64,000 nucleotides of DNA from Promethearchaeia archaeon. Its GTDB lineage: Archaea > Asgardarchaeota > Lokiarchaeia > Sigyniarchaeales > SOKP01. A model generated the notes under the pieces. That model ran no database searches. It saw only the letters and a program-made list of their open reading frames with translations, and was not told the origin of the DNA. This document shows, piece by piece, positions 18,808-29,227 of the stretch. The stretch lies in NCBI GenBank assembly GCA_029856155.1, contig JAHQWL010000075.1, positions 32,001-96,000 on the forward strand, read 5' to 3'. The translations under genes and the position numbers were made by a program. Positions within the stretch are counted from its first letter, which is position 1. Each line of letters starts with the position of its first letter.

Positions 18808-20541
18808 TTATTTTCCATATAATCCTTTATTCTTCTTATAAAGTCCTAGTAGTTTCATTGCTGAGGGCGTTTCAAAAGCAATATCAACATCAAGTACAGC
18901 TGGTTTCTTTGAGTTAATCGCTCGTTGTAATGCCGGTTTTATATCTTCTGGTTTATCAATTTTTTCTCCGTAACACCCAAAACTCCTAGCAATTTCAGAA
19001 TAATTTATTGGAGGAAAATCTACATCACAGTATCTTTTTCCAAGATTAAGTTTCTGAGCAGATTTAATCATTCCCCAAGAACAATTATTTCCGATTATAA
19101 TAATTATAGGTAGATTTAACCTTACAGCGGTTTCCAATTCTTGGATATTAAACATAAAGCTGCCATCTCCAGTAATACAAACGACTAATTTATCTGGTTT
19201 AGCCATTTGTGCGCCAATTGCATACGGAATACCAGTACCTAAATGACCCATCGAAATAGAGCGAAAAAAACTTCGTGGTGGGCGTGGTTTAAGACTTATT
19301 AAATCCAATGAAAAAAGATAAATATCTCCCCCATCAATGACTAATTGTGTATCATCTGGTATGAAATCTAATACTTCATGCACAAGTCTGTGAGGTTTCA
19401 TAGGTAATTTATTAGATTTTAACATTTTTTCTATTTGCTGTTTATCATTTTTCCTTACATCCTGCAAATATTCATTCCATTGCGACCATTCAGTTACTTT
19501 TTCTTTAGGAAGATTCTTTTCCATTTCTTCTAATAATTGATTAATAACAGCTTTAGCATCTCCAACAATAGCAACAGTTACAGGTCTATTTTTACCAATT
19601 TCAGTTGGGTCTATATCAACTTGGATAATTTTTTGATCTTGATTCCAAATTGGGGATGCTCCATAAAGAATCGTATGATCCCATTTACAACCAAAAGAAA
19701 GGACTACATTTGCTTCAATAGCAGCTCTTCTATATGCCATAGCAGTCAATTTTCCTCCTACAAATGTTTTATCCGTTGTTACCACTCCTATACCACTTAA
19801 AGTTGTTCCAATAGGAAGATTATATGTTTCTGATAACTTATTTAACTCATTGAAAGCTTCAGAAGCATTGATACCGCCCCCAGCTACTATTAAAGGTTTA
19901 TCGGTATTCTTTAAAATATCTACCGCCTTTATTATACCTTCTATATTTCCCGCTGGTCTATATTCTGGGCGGTATTGTTTTGGATCTAAAATTTTTTTTT
20001 GATCAGCCTCTGTAGCATCTCTGACTAATGCTGTTTCCCTTAATTCGAGAAAAACAGGACCTCTTCTTCCAGTCATAGCAGTTCTTATACATCTTTGAAT
20101 AGCATGCGGTATTTCATATGGATTTTCTACAGAAACCTGTAATTTTGTTATAGGTTTCATCAGATTTATTTGGTCTAAATCCCCTTGTAATATTCCAATA
20201 TTGTCAAACATTCTACCAACTTGAGCACCAATTACCAACATTGGTATCGAATCAGCATATGCCGCAGCAACAGCTGGAATCAGATGAGTTACTCCGGGTC
20301 CTGCTGTTCCTAAACAAACACCTATTTCTCCAGTAGCCCTCGCCCAAGCGTCTGCCATGTGTCCTCCAGCTTGTTCATGTCGTACCATTACAGTGTCGAT
20401 CCCCTCTTCGCGACCCCAACGTTCAATAGCATCATAAATCTTTAGTAATTCTCCACCAACAAGACCAAAAATTTTAGTAACGCCTTCTTTAATAAGGCAT
20501 TTAACAACTAAGTCGCCACCATTTAATAATTGATTTGACAT
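18808..20541 (-). CDS. thiamine-diphosphate enzyme (acetolactate synthase / 2-hydroxyacyl-CoA lyase-like)
   Basis: RHEQAGGHMAD, GPGVTH, GDGSF...NN ThDP motif. Confidence 0.9.
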   Translation of the reverse strand: MSNQLLNGGDLVVKCLIKEGVTKIFGLVGGELLKIYDAIERWGREEGIDTVMVRHEQAGGHMADAWARATGEIGVCLGTAGPGVTHLIPAVAAAYADSIPMLVIGAQVGRMFDNIGILQGDLDQINLMKPITKLQVSVENPYEIPHAIQRCIRTAMTGRRGPVFLELRETALVRDATEADQKKILDPKQYRPEYRPAGNIEGIIKAVDILKNTDKPLIVAGGGINASEAFNELNKLSETYNLPIGTTLSGIGVVTTDKTFVGGKLTAMAYRRAAIEANVVLSFGCKWDHTILYGASPIWNQDQKIIQVDIDPTEIGKNRPVTVAIVGDAKAVINQLLEEMEKNLPKEKVTEWSQWNEYLQDVRKNDKQQIEKMLKSNKLPMKPHRLVHEVLDFIPDDTQLVIDGGDIYLFSLDLISLKPRPPRSFFRSISMGHLGTGIPYAIGAQMAKPDKLVVCITGDGSFMFNIQELETAVRLNLPIIIIIGNNCSWGMIKSAQKLNLGKRYCDVDFPPINYSEIARSFGCYGEKIDKPEDIKPALQRAINSKKPAVLDVDIAFETPSAMKLLGLYKKNKGLYGK

Positions 20542-20607
20542 ACTTAAAGCTATTATAAATAAAAAATAAAGTTTATTATAAAAAGAGATTCAACAAATAT
20601 TTACAAA

Positions 20608-21051
20608 TTAGAGAGCAATCAATTCGAGATAATAGCCTAAAACTTTTTTGGTATCTAAATAGTAAAATTTAACTTTTCCAACTTTTCCCATTTGAATTAC
20701 ATCTATATTGTATTCTTTCTTAAAATAATTAATGAATGTCTCAGCATTCTTAGTATATACGCCTAAGTGATGTAGCCCCACATTTCCTTCTTTTAGAAAT
20801 TCTAAATATAAATGATCCCCTGTTGATTCTAATAGTTCTATAATTTCAAACTGTTTCCCACTAAAGTTTTGCATTATTTTCTTCATTTTAAATTCTACTT
20901 CTTTTCCTTTATAATTTACATTGCTGGTTTGTTCAACAATATTTATCTTTCCTTTAAAATCTAGTAATGCATTGTAAAATTCTGCGGCTTTTTCAATATC
21001 CTTGACAAGGATACCAATTTGATCAAATTTTGATAGCTTTAATTCTGTCAT
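20608..21051 (-). CDS. VOC family protein (methylmalonyl-CoA epimerase/glyoxalase-like)
   Basis: DQIGILVKDIEKA, FEIIE, GLHHLG, YYLDT...LEL. Confidence 0.85.
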   Translation of the reverse strand: MTELKLSKFDQIGILVKDIEKAAEFYNALLDFKGKINIVEQTSNVNYKGKEVEFKMKKIMQNFSGKQFEIIELLESTGDHLYLEFLKEGNVGLHHLGVYTKNAETFINYFKKEYNIDVIQMGKVGKVKFYYLDTKKVLGYYLELIAL

Positions 21052-21068
21052 TATTAATATGCAAAGTC

Positions 21069-22358
21069 TTATTTTACTATTTTAGCAAAATGTAATTTAC
21101 TAATTGGTTTCTTTAGAGGAAAATCCCCCTTTAAAATCAATGATTTTAATTCTTCTGCTAATTTTATTGCTCCATGTCTATCTGATTGTCTTAAGACAAT
21201 TGGGACGTCATTATCTTCGAAATTAACCTTTTTTAGATCTAATTTAAATGCTTCTGGACATAAATGGGTACAATTACCACAATTAAAGCAGCGAGAGCGA
21301 TCTATTGCAAATATCCTACCTCCCTTTATAATAAATGCATCAGTAGGACATTTATCAATAGCTTTACATTCTTCACAATTTTTACAGGCATCAAGGTTAA
21401 ACTTCATTATAAAATTATTGTCCCAAACATCACCATAAGTCATTTCTCCTACTTTTTCACGCCCAACAAGACTTAAAATCGTTAATTTAACAAATTTATC
21501 AGATTTTACGATATTATTGAATATTCTTTCATTTAATATAGGAATAGGAACAGCTATACTACAGATAGGTTCTAAACCATAAGATGTTTTGAAAGCACCC
21601 ATATACTCGGGTTTCATTCCTTGTAATGAAGCAATAGTCATCATGTTAGGTTTTTCGACATAGTTACGAGTTCCAGGCCCCATTAGATACCCAATTGTCC
21701 CATTTACAAGAACAGGAGATCCAACTCCAAATGATTCGAATTCAGGATCATTTTGAAAAGGATTAAGCGCACCACATCCTGAAAAAGTTATTTCTGATTT
21801 ATTAGGAGAAAAAGGTAAACAGGAGAAAATAGTGTTAACTTGATGAGTTTCACAGTTAATCATTGCATTATAATTTTTAATCGCCTGTCTAGTCCCTGCT
21901 AATTTAGCAAATTGCATATCTTCTAGTTTCATTTGTTTTTCAATAGTTTCACCTTCAGCACTCATAGCTACAATTGTTACTACTTTTCTCTCAACGATAT
22001 CTCTAAAAAGAGAACCACCACAATAATTATCAATCGTTTTACTTTGAGTGGTTCCATAAATAATCAGATCTACAATACCTAAATATTCATTTGGGCATGG
22101 TCCAGGAAAGGCTGGGATTCCATTTATATCAACTTCGGTAAATTTTCTCAATGTTTTAGGCGGTGAAAGGCGAAAAGAGAATATCCCCATAATTCCGCTC
22201 ATAAGTCCTTTGGTTGCAGTTGTAACAACATCTACATCTTCAAAATTAACCTTCTTGCCTTCATTAATCCGATCTAACAATTCTTGAACGGTTAATATGA
22301 CTGCCGAACCATTTTCGATCTTTTTTCTGATTTCTGAAAGTTTTCTTTTTTTAACCAA
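21069..22358 (-). CDS. methanogenesis marker 16-type metalloprotein (DUF39/homocysteine-synthesis family + ferredoxin)
   Basis: VDVVTTAT, GPCPNEYLG, FSGCG.LNP.QNDP, C-terminal CxxCxxC...CP / CxxCxxC...CP, RQSDR. Confidence 0.8.
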   Translation of the reverse strand: MVKKRKLSEIRKKIENGSAVILTVQELLDRINEGKKVNFEDVDVVTTATKGLMSGIMGIFSFRLSPPKTLRKFTEVDINGIPAFPGPCPNEYLGIVDLIIYGTTQSKTIDNYCGGSLFRDIVERKVVTIVAMSAEGETIEKQMKLEDMQFAKLAGTRQAIKNYNAMINCETHQVNTIFSCLPFSPNKSEITFSGCGALNPFQNDPEFESFGVGSPVLVNGTIGYLMGPGTRNYVEKPNMMTIASLQGMKPEYMGAFKTSYGLEPICSIAVPIPILNERIFNNIVKSDKFVKLTILSLVGREKVGEMTYGDVWDNNFIMKFNLDACKNCEECKAIDKCPTDAFIIKGGRIFAIDRSRCFNCGNCTHLCPEAFKLDLKKVNFEDNDVPIVLRQSDRHGAIKLAEELKSLILKGDFPLKKPISKLHFAKIVK

Positions 22359-22484
22359 TAGAAATCATCACTTAATTTCAAAAACTATCAATTTAAATAT
22401 TTATTTATAATAAAATTTTATTATTTATCCCATTCTTAACATAATTATAAAGAGTCAAGCAGTTTTTTTGAGGTTATAGTATTT

Positions 22485-23210
22485 TTGTCATATTTTGAAT
22501 CAAGATTGCCAGTAGATTTCAATGATTTTAACGATGTACTAAAGAAGTTAAAATTATGTGAAGAATTAGGAATAAAAAATGTAATTATTGAACCTAAAAA
22601 TAAGTTTAGTAAAATATCCTTAGAAATTAAGAAGAGTATAGAAAGAGAAACGAATTTAAATACTTTTTATCGAATTAATTTAAGATTAGATAATCTCGAA
22701 GGCTTTAAAAGAAGAATTCAAGCTTTTAATAATTTTTCTGATATTCTTTCAATTGAATCTTTAAACAAAGAAGTGCAATTACACGCCGCAAGAGATTCAA
22801 GAGTAGATGTAGTCTCGTTTTCAAATCCTGAAATAATTAAGACACTTACTCCTGGAGTTATTTCACTGACAAAACAAAATAAATCATTTTTAGAATTTTC
22901 AATGGCTCCAATTATGGTGAGAAATAAAATAAATCAATCAAAAAATTTCAGAAATTTATATAGAACCATCCAGTTAACACTAAAATTAAAAGGTAATTTT
23001 ATTATAAGCGGAAATTTTAATAATATATATGATTTTAGACATCCAAGAGCTTTAATAAGTATTTGTAATTCTCTTTTAGGAATTCCTTTAGATAGAGCTA
23101 AAAAAATCTTTAATGTTAATCCTATTTTATTATTAGAAAAATCTAAAAAACGAAATTTGAATAATATTGAACCGGAAGTGAGAATAATTAGAGGTGGGGA
23201 TGTACAATAG
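22485..23210 (+). CDS. rnp3: RNase P protein Rpp30
   Basis: AARDSRVDVV, IISG....YDFRHPRALIS, NP; adjacent to Pop5. Confidence 0.85.
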   Translation: MSYFESRLPVDFNDFNDVLKKLKLCEELGIKNVIIEPKNKFSKISLEIKKSIERETNLNTFYRINLRLDNLEGFKRRIQAFNNFSDILSIESLNKEVQLHAARDSRVDVVSFSNPEIIKTLTPGVISLTKQNKSFLEFSMAPIMVRNKINQSKNFRNLYRTIQLTLKLKGNFIISGNFNNIYDFRHPRALISICNSLLGIPLDRAKKIFNVNPILLLEKSKKRNLNNIEPEVRIIRGGDVQ

Positions 23211-23566
23211 TTAGAAAAGAAAGGCAAAGATATATCTTTTTTAAAATTATTACAGAAAGTAAAACAGATATCACTCAAAATTCTCTAGTAAAATCAATTT
23301 GGCAATCAATCTGGCGATATTTTGGATTGAAAGAAGCTAATAAAATTGGGTTATGGTTAATAGAACTTAACCTAGAAGAAAATTATGGAATTATAAGATG
23401 CACTCACCAAACAAAAGAAATATTAATTTCATCTTTAACTCTTGTACAAGAAATTAATGGAATTAGGGTAATACTGGTCCCTAAAAAAACTTCTGGGACA
23501 ATAAGAACTTTAAAAAAACAGAGCAAATATAGTTTAATAGAAACAAATGAAAAAATCATATCTTAA
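23207..23566 (+). CDS. rnp2: RNase P protein Pop5/Rpp14 (probable ATA start, upstream of ORF-track start 23327)
   Basis: Frame open from TAG 23189-91; RKERQRYIFFKI ... IWRYFG ... GIIRC ... TSGTIR; GAGGTG upstream. Confidence 0.85.
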   Translation: MVRKERQRYIFFKIITESKTDITQNSLVKSIWQSIWRYFGLKEANKIGLWLIELNLEENYGIIRCTHQTKEILISSLTLVQEINGIRVILVPKKTSGTIRTLKKQSKYSLIETNEKIIS

Positions 23567-23572
23567 TGAACG

Positions 23573-24013
23573 ATGAGGGAATACAAGTTAACAAAAGCAC
23601 ATATTCAGCAGATTAATGACATTTCTAAAGCTACTCTAAAAATCTCCTTATTAGATATTAAAAATGTAGAGAAATATCCATTTCTTTTAATAGTTCAATC
23701 AACAATAGAAAACTCAATAAAATTATCAATTTATCCACTAAAAAAAGAGAAAATTATAAAGGTAACATTTTCAGGATTCGATTTTTCCAATAAAATTTTT
23801 GACGAAATCTCAAAAAACCTCCAGAATTTTCAAATTATTCATACATCGGGAGCCTTAATAATTAAGAAACAACTATTTTATGAATGTTATTTGAATTTAA
23901 GTTTAGAAGAAATCAAAGTTATGGATTTAAAAGCTTCTTTAGATGAGATTAAAAATATATTTAAAGAAATAAAAATAGAAGAAATTGGACTTAAAAAAAG
24001 CAAAGAAAATTAA
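23573..24013 (+). CDS. hypothetical protein with possible C-terminal ACT-like domain
   Basis: 146-aa ORF in operon; IIHTSG...YECYL pattern. Confidence 0.65.
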   Translation: MREYKLTKAHIQQINDISKATLKISLLDIKNVEKYPFLLIVQSTIENSIKLSIYPLKKEKIIKVTFSGFDFSNKIFDEISKNLQNFQIIHTSGALIIKKQLFYECYLNLSLEEIKVMDLKASLDEIKNIFKEIKIEEIGLKKSKEN

Positions 24014-24015
24014 TT

Positions 24016-24465
24016 ATGGATACTTGGAAAGTTTTTTTAAAATTCTCAGACGGTGAAGATAAAGAAATCGAATTATTTGATGCAAAAGTATATTTTGGCG
24101 GATACCTAAAGATAAAAAGAAGTTATTTTAATGCTCTTTTTAAAACAATCAAGATGACTAAAAGATATTTTACTCAAAAAGCAATAGAAAAAGTAATTGG
24201 ACCTAATAAAGATAACTGGACCCTTAATCCTTGGATGCTAATAATTGTTAAAGATAATGAAAAAAGAAAACCATTTTGGTTTTTTATTAAAAGAGAAAAA
24301 GATCTCTCTGGGGTACTTGTTGCTATAGGACCTAAACCATTTGCAGAATTTAACAATAAAAATTTATCAGAAGCAAAAAGAGAAATTAAGAGTCTGATAA
24401 ATTATATTGTAGCATATTTAAATAAATTTAAATGTGTTATTATACTCCCAAATTACCTTCCTTGA
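24016..24465 (+). CDS. hypothetical protein
   Basis: 149-aa ORF, 2 nt after previous stop. Confidence 0.75.
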   Translation: MDTWKVFLKFSDGEDKEIELFDAKVYFGGYLKIKRSYFNALFKTIKMTKRYFTQKAIEKVIGPNKDNWTLNPWMLIIVKDNEKRKPFWFFIKREKDLSGVLVAIGPKPFAEFNNKNLSEAKREIKSLINYIVAYLNKFKCVIILPNYLP

Positions 24466-24658
24466 AAGATTACTATCTAAATCAGATTAATCTGATAATT
24501 GTTTCTTTATTTTTTAATTTTAATTGCACAATTTGATGTTGAAACTTCAGAAAAATACAAAGAATATGCGAAAAATATTAAATTAAATTTTAATTATCAA
24601 TTTTAATATCGGTTAATACAGAAAATACAACAATTTAAAATTAAATGGCTTATTAATC

Positions 24659-25453
24659 TTGAAGAAACTAAGTTTCAGAGTCATAATCTGCATACTAATA
24701 GTAAATTTGACTATTATTCCATTCCTTTTTGTATTAAAAGGCTATGGAACAACTGAAGAAATAGATTCTAAGTTCGGGGATTCTCCAGAAATTGATGGAT
24801 ATATTGATCTTTTTTCAGGAGAATGGAATAAAGCTACAAAAGTGGAGCTTTTTTTAGATGATTTACCTATTAAATTTTGGGTTATGCAAAATGAAGAAAA
24901 TCTTTATATTTCTGTTCAATTTGATTTAGTATTAGAGTATCATAATGCCACTGAATTTATTGGACTTATTATTTCAAATAGTTCTTCTGAGGATAAAGAA
25001 GAATTTATCGACGCGAAAATCCTTCAATTTTCTAATATTTCAGTAAATATATTTAACTATTTTGACTATTATATTAACAATAGTATTTTTTCTATTGACA
25101 CTGAAAAAAATGGTGATGGAGCAGCAAATTTGGATGGAACCACTTCCACATATGAGTTTTCTATTCCTATAAAGAATACTTTTGAAAATGAGGAGGATGT
25201 CGTATTAGATTATGGAAATACGTATGCTTTTAATATTACTTATGGAGATGTACCAATTTATCCAAATGGAATAAAAAAAAGCACTATAGTTCTCATAAAC
25301 CTAGGCTCATTACCCTCTTCATTACCAACACTTACTAATATAATTTTATTTGCATTTTGTATAGTAATTTTTAGTATTCTGGGAATTCTCTACGTTTTTT
25401 ATATATATAAAATTTTTAGATTGAAAGCAAATATTAAAAGAGTAAAACGGTAA
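24659..25453 (+). CDS. membrane-anchored DOMON/CBM9-like surface protein
   Basis: N-terminal signal, PEIDG...EW, NLYISV, YEFSIP, C-terminal TM helix with basic tail. Confidence 0.7.
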   Translation: MKKLSFRVIICILIVNLTIIPFLFVLKGYGTTEEIDSKFGDSPEIDGYIDLFSGEWNKATKVELFLDDLPIKFWVMQNEENLYISVQFDLVLEYHNATEFIGLIISNSSSEDKEEFIDAKILQFSNISVNIFNYFDYYINNSIFSIDTEKNGDGAANLDGTTSTYEFSIPIKNTFENEEDVVLDYGNTYAFNITYGDVPIYPNGIKKSTIVLINLGSLPSSLPTLTNIILFAFCIVIFSILGILYVFYIYKIFRLKANIKRVKR

Positions 25454-25454
25454 A

Positions 25455-25871
25455 ATGTCAAAAATTCCTAAACAACAAGAAAAGGACCTAAAATCAAAGG
25501 AAAAATATCGATCTAACGAAAAATTTGCGTATAAATCTGTAATAATCTCAGCTATTTTAGGAGGAATTTTTTATACTATCTCTCTCTTCTTTAATACGGG
25601 ATTTATAACTATTTTTATGAATAAAGATATATTTTGGAATTTTATTGATATCACCATTAAATCAATAGCTATTATGTTGTTTTTTTTGTTTATGATAACG
25701 AGTGTTGGAAATTATAAAGAATTAATTGGTAAACCATTAAATTGGAAAGAATTACTTTTATTATTCTTGCTTTCTATTGGTCAAACTATCTTAAATATTT
25801 GGGTTTTTACTTTTACGCTTTTTGGACTTGCTATCATACTAATCTACCTATATATAGTCCAAGAGTTCTAA
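25455..25871 (+). CDS. small multi-pass membrane protein
   Basis: 138 aa, 3-4 hydrophobic helices. Confidence 0.75.
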   Translation: MSKIPKQQEKDLKSKEKYRSNEKFAYKSVIISAILGGIFYTISLFFNTGFITIFMNKDIFWNFIDITIKSIAIMLFFLFMITSVGNYKELIGKPLNWKELLLLFLLSIGQTILNIWVFTFTLFGLAIILIYLYIVQEF

Positions 25872-25884
25872 AACAGAACTTCTT

Positions 25885-26640
25885 ATGAATTTAAAAATGA
25901 ATTCGGAAATTTTATATATTGGACATAGAGGAACTAGAACTAATTTTGATGAAAATACTATAGACGCATTTAAAAAAGCTATAGAATTTGGGGCGGAATA
26001 TATTGAATTTGATGTCCGGAAAACTAAAGATAAAAAACTCATTATTCTGCATGATTCATCTTTAAATAGAACCACAAATGGCTCGGGGAAACTAAAAAAC
26101 TTCAATTATAATGAAATTAAAAAATATAGGACTAAAAATCATAAATGTGCTATTCCACTCTTATCAGAAGTCTTAGAAGAGTTAAAAGGACTAGTAAAGT
26201 TTATAATTGAGTTAAAAGATGATGACTTAACAGACGGAATTCTAGAAATAGTTAATAATTACAGCATATTAGAAGAATGTATATTTAGTGGGAGGAATTT
26301 AATAGATTTACAAGAAATTAAAAAGATTTATCCAAAAAGCAGAATATGCTATAATATTACTAAAGGATTGGGACTCAAAATCAAAGATTTTTTGAGATTA
26401 GGGAGATTTAAACAATTAGAATTTAAACTAGATTTAATAAATCTAAGATCGAATCTAATATCTTTAGAATTTATTGAAATTTGCCATAATAATAATATTA
26501 AATCTTTAGCATGGGACTTTATCTCATATAACAATCCAATATTTCAGATTAAATCTCTAATTGATTTAGGTATTGATGGGATTTTATTTGACAATCATAG
26601 AAATATTACAAAAATTAAAAGCTGGGTCAGCTTAACTTAA
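25885..26640 (+). CDS. glycerophosphodiester phosphodiesterase
   Basis: GHRG...ENT..AF, EFDVR.TKD, HD..L.RTTNG, ELK, GIDGI. Confidence 0.93.
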   Translation: MNLKMNSEILYIGHRGTRTNFDENTIDAFKKAIEFGAEYIEFDVRKTKDKKLIILHDSSLNRTTNGSGKLKNFNYNEIKKYRTKNHKCAIPLLSEVLEELKGLVKFIIELKDDDLTDGILEIVNNYSILEECIFSGRNLIDLQEIKKIYPKSRICYNITKGLGLKIKDFLRLGRFKQLEFKLDLINLRSNLISLEFIEICHNNNIKSLAWDFISYNNPIFQIKSLIDLGIDGILFDNHRNITKIKSWVSLT

Positions 26641-28697
26641 TTATCTTTCTTAATCCTTGAAATCCCGTTGGGCAAATATAAAATAATTTCATCTATGGAT
26701 AATAATTTAACCCAAATTCTTGAGTCTTTATCAGCGTTTTTAATAAAATAAGATTTTATCTCTTTAGCTAGTTTTCCTTTGGTGAATCCACTTGATTTTG
26801 AGGGTATAATACTTACTACATTTTTGGTTTGCTTTTTTATTGCCGATTCTGGACCAGAAATGATTTTTGGGTAAAATATTTTACTAGTATCCGTTAAATC
26901 CGCTTCTAAATCAATAATTTTTAATCCTATTGTCAATTCAGTCTTTGCATTTTTGATAAAATTCTTTTTTCCAGAAATAATAAAAGACCCTTTTGGTAAA
27001 AACTCACCTGAAGGAGGACTTTTTGAAATTTGATTTGGTTGTATATAAAATATATCAACAACACCCCAGTTCTCTTTCCATGCCCTTGAATAACTTGCCA
27101 CAAAATCAGCAGTTTCATGAATAGTATTTAATGGAATTTTTTTATCTTCTGTATTTTTAATTACTACTAATGGAGAGCCGGGGAAGTTAGTATGAAATAC
27201 TAGATCTTTTGCTTCGATATAATTTTTAAAAATAGTTTCATTTGAACTAGCATCTCTCCCACCGATAATTAGAAACCCATCAGAAGATATAAACCATCTA
27301 TACTTCTCATACCATTTTTTCTTTGGCTTTTTAATTAGGAAATCAACTTCGGCTTCAATTGACTCTTTTTCAAGTTTTAATTTGTCAATTTTCTTTTTAG
27401 TTTTTTCAATGGCAATTATAGTTCCTTGAATTTTTTTCTCAGCTTTCTTACCCTTGGAGTATATATCATTAGCATTTTGTCCAATACTTTTCTTTAAGTC
27501 AACGTAAACATTATGGTCGTTAACTCTTATTAATAGTTGATTAGTTGAAGGAATCACTTTTTCATAGAATTCTGTTCCATTTAAAGATTCCAATTTTGCT
27601 GTCTGCAGTTTATTATTAATTTCTACCCATTGGTAACCTTTTTTTTTTGCTTCCAATATCACAGAATATAATTTTTCTAACGAATTTAAATTAGTATATA
27701 TTAATTCTCCAATTTCGTAATATTTTTTCTTTTTATTCTTAAGCTCTTCAAGATATTCCTTTTGATTTTGTAAAATTTTTTCTTGAGATTTTATTTGATC
27801 ATCAATTCTTTGATCTTTTGGACTCTTTAAGGCTTCAGAATCTATTTTAGAAAAAAATTCATCAACAGCTTCATTAAATGTAAAAAAATGTTTTTTATCG
27901 TAATCTCTAAGAATTTCGATTTCAAAAGGAAGTACAGATATTTGATTCCCTTGTTGATCAAAAATGATTTGAGCATCAATTTTGCCAAATAATAATTGAT
28001 TTCTTAAATTTTTAAAAGAATCATATAAATTTTGGTATTCTTCATCAGAAAGGTTTTTTCCAAGAAGTTTTTTATCAATCTTTCCTCTATGACATATTTC
28101 TTCACTATATAAACCAGATAGGTGGATATTTCTTGAAAGATCTCTGACAATTTCGACTTCAGAGTTTTTAAATAAATCTTTAAAATCTTCTTTATTTAAT
28201 GTAATAAAATTCTTTCCTTGACTTTTAGGAAAAAAATACTCTTTTTGAGCAAGGAGCGCTCTCTCTCTAAATATTCTATATTTTTTCGCAATTTTAATAA
28301 TATTTTTTTCATCTAAGAGGAGAAAATTTCCCTTATTAAATAATTCTATTACAAATTTCCAAGGTTTGTTTTCCCAATTGCTTAATTCGATTATGATGAT
28401 TCGATCAAATTGATGTTGGGAAATTTTTAGTATCCTACGATTTCTTAAAAGTTTTCTTAAAGAACCAATATATTGACTGGGATAATTTGGAATAGGATAA
28501 TCATAATCTGTTAAATTTATCCGAGAATCTTTTTTAATAATTAAATTTTTCTTTCCAAAATTGGTATTGATTTTAATTATCAATAAATCTTCTATTTCAT
28601 AGATATTTAGTATTGTACCATTGGTCAATATTGAATCTAATTCTTTAACAATAGCAAATACGTCAAAATTAGAAAATTCTTGGGTTATTTTAATCAT
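26637..28697 (-). CDS. rqcH: ribosome quality control protein RqcH/NEMF (NFACT)
   Basis: FDRII, IELF..GN, WYEKYRWFISSDGFLIIGGRDASSNE, SKSPPSGEFLPKGSF. Confidence 0.93.
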   Translation of the reverse strand: MIKITQEFSNFDVFAIVKELDSILTNGTILNIYEIEDLLIIKINTNFGKKNLIIKKDSRINLTDYDYPIPNYPSQYIGSLRKLLRNRRILKISQHQFDRIIIIELSNWENKPWKFVIELFNKGNFLLLDEKNIIKIAKKYRIFRERALLAQKEYFFPKSQGKNFITLNKEDFKDLFKNSEVEIVRDLSRNIHLSGLYSEEICHRGKIDKKLLGKNLSDEEYQNLYDSFKNLRNQLLFGKIDAQIIFDQQGNQISVLPFEIEILRDYDKKHFFTFNEAVDEFFSKIDSEALKSPKDQRIDDQIKSQEKILQNQKEYLEELKNKKKKYYEIGELIYTNLNSLEKLYSVILEAKKKGYQWVEINNKLQTAKLESLNGTEFYEKVIPSTNQLLIRVNDHNVYVDLKKSIGQNANDIYSKGKKAEKKIQGTIIAIEKTKKKIDKLKLEKESIEAEVDFLIKKPKKKWYEKYRWFISSDGFLIIGGRDASSNETIFKNYIEAKDLVFHTNFPGSPLVVIKNTEDKKIPLNTIHETADFVASYSRAWKENWGVVDIFYIQPNQISKSPPSGEFLPKGSFIISGKKNFIKNAKTELTIGLKIIDLEADLTDTSKIFYPKIISGPESAIKKQTKNVVSIIPSKSSGFTKGKLAKEIKSYFIKNADKDSRIWVKLLSIDEIILYLPNGISRIKKDN

Positions 28698-28769
28698 ATT
28701 ATGTTTAAATCCTTATTTATCAATAATATATAATGATTTTTATAATAAATAATATTTATACTATTAATT

Positions 28770-29210
28770 ATGGGAAAGCGCAAGAAGGTAGATATTAAAA
28801 AAAGAAGACATAAATTACTAAGAGAGAAGAAGAAAGAACTACAGAAAAAGAAAATTCAAACTGAAAAAAAACCATTAACAATTTTGGATCTCCGATTAGA
28901 AAAGGAAACAAAGTTATATTGGATTCGCGCACTTACTGGCGCGTTAAGTGCAATCATAGGAAGACTTCTATTTGGATTAATAGGATGGTTTATGCTTCTA
29001 TGGATGTTAATTTGGTGGTTTTTATTTCCTTTCGTAGTTAGTTTTATAATTTATAATTATGACTATGATAAAGAAGAGTGGAATTGGAAAAATATAATTC
29101 TTCCAGGCATAGGTATGTTTTTCTTCTTGTTTATGATTTTCGGTGTTCTTATTCATACAATACTTAATTTTATACCGGAATTTTCATCGGTCCTTGAGTT
29201 ATTTCTATAA
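28770..29210 (+). CDS. EMC6/Rab5ip-like 3-TM membrane protein with basic N-tail
   Basis: KLYWIRALTGALSAIIG...GLIG ... WKNIILPGIGMFFFLFMIFGVLIHTI resembles the EMC6 pattern. Confidence 0.6.
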   Translation: MGKRKKVDIKKRRHKLLREKKKELQKKKIQTEKKPLTILDLRLEKETKLYWIRALTGALSAIIGRLLFGLIGWFMLLWMLIWWFLFPFVVSFIIYNYDYDKEEWNWKNIILPGIGMFFFLFMIFGVLIHTILNFIPEFSSVLELFL

Positions 29211-29227
29211 GAATAAACCTTTCATCT

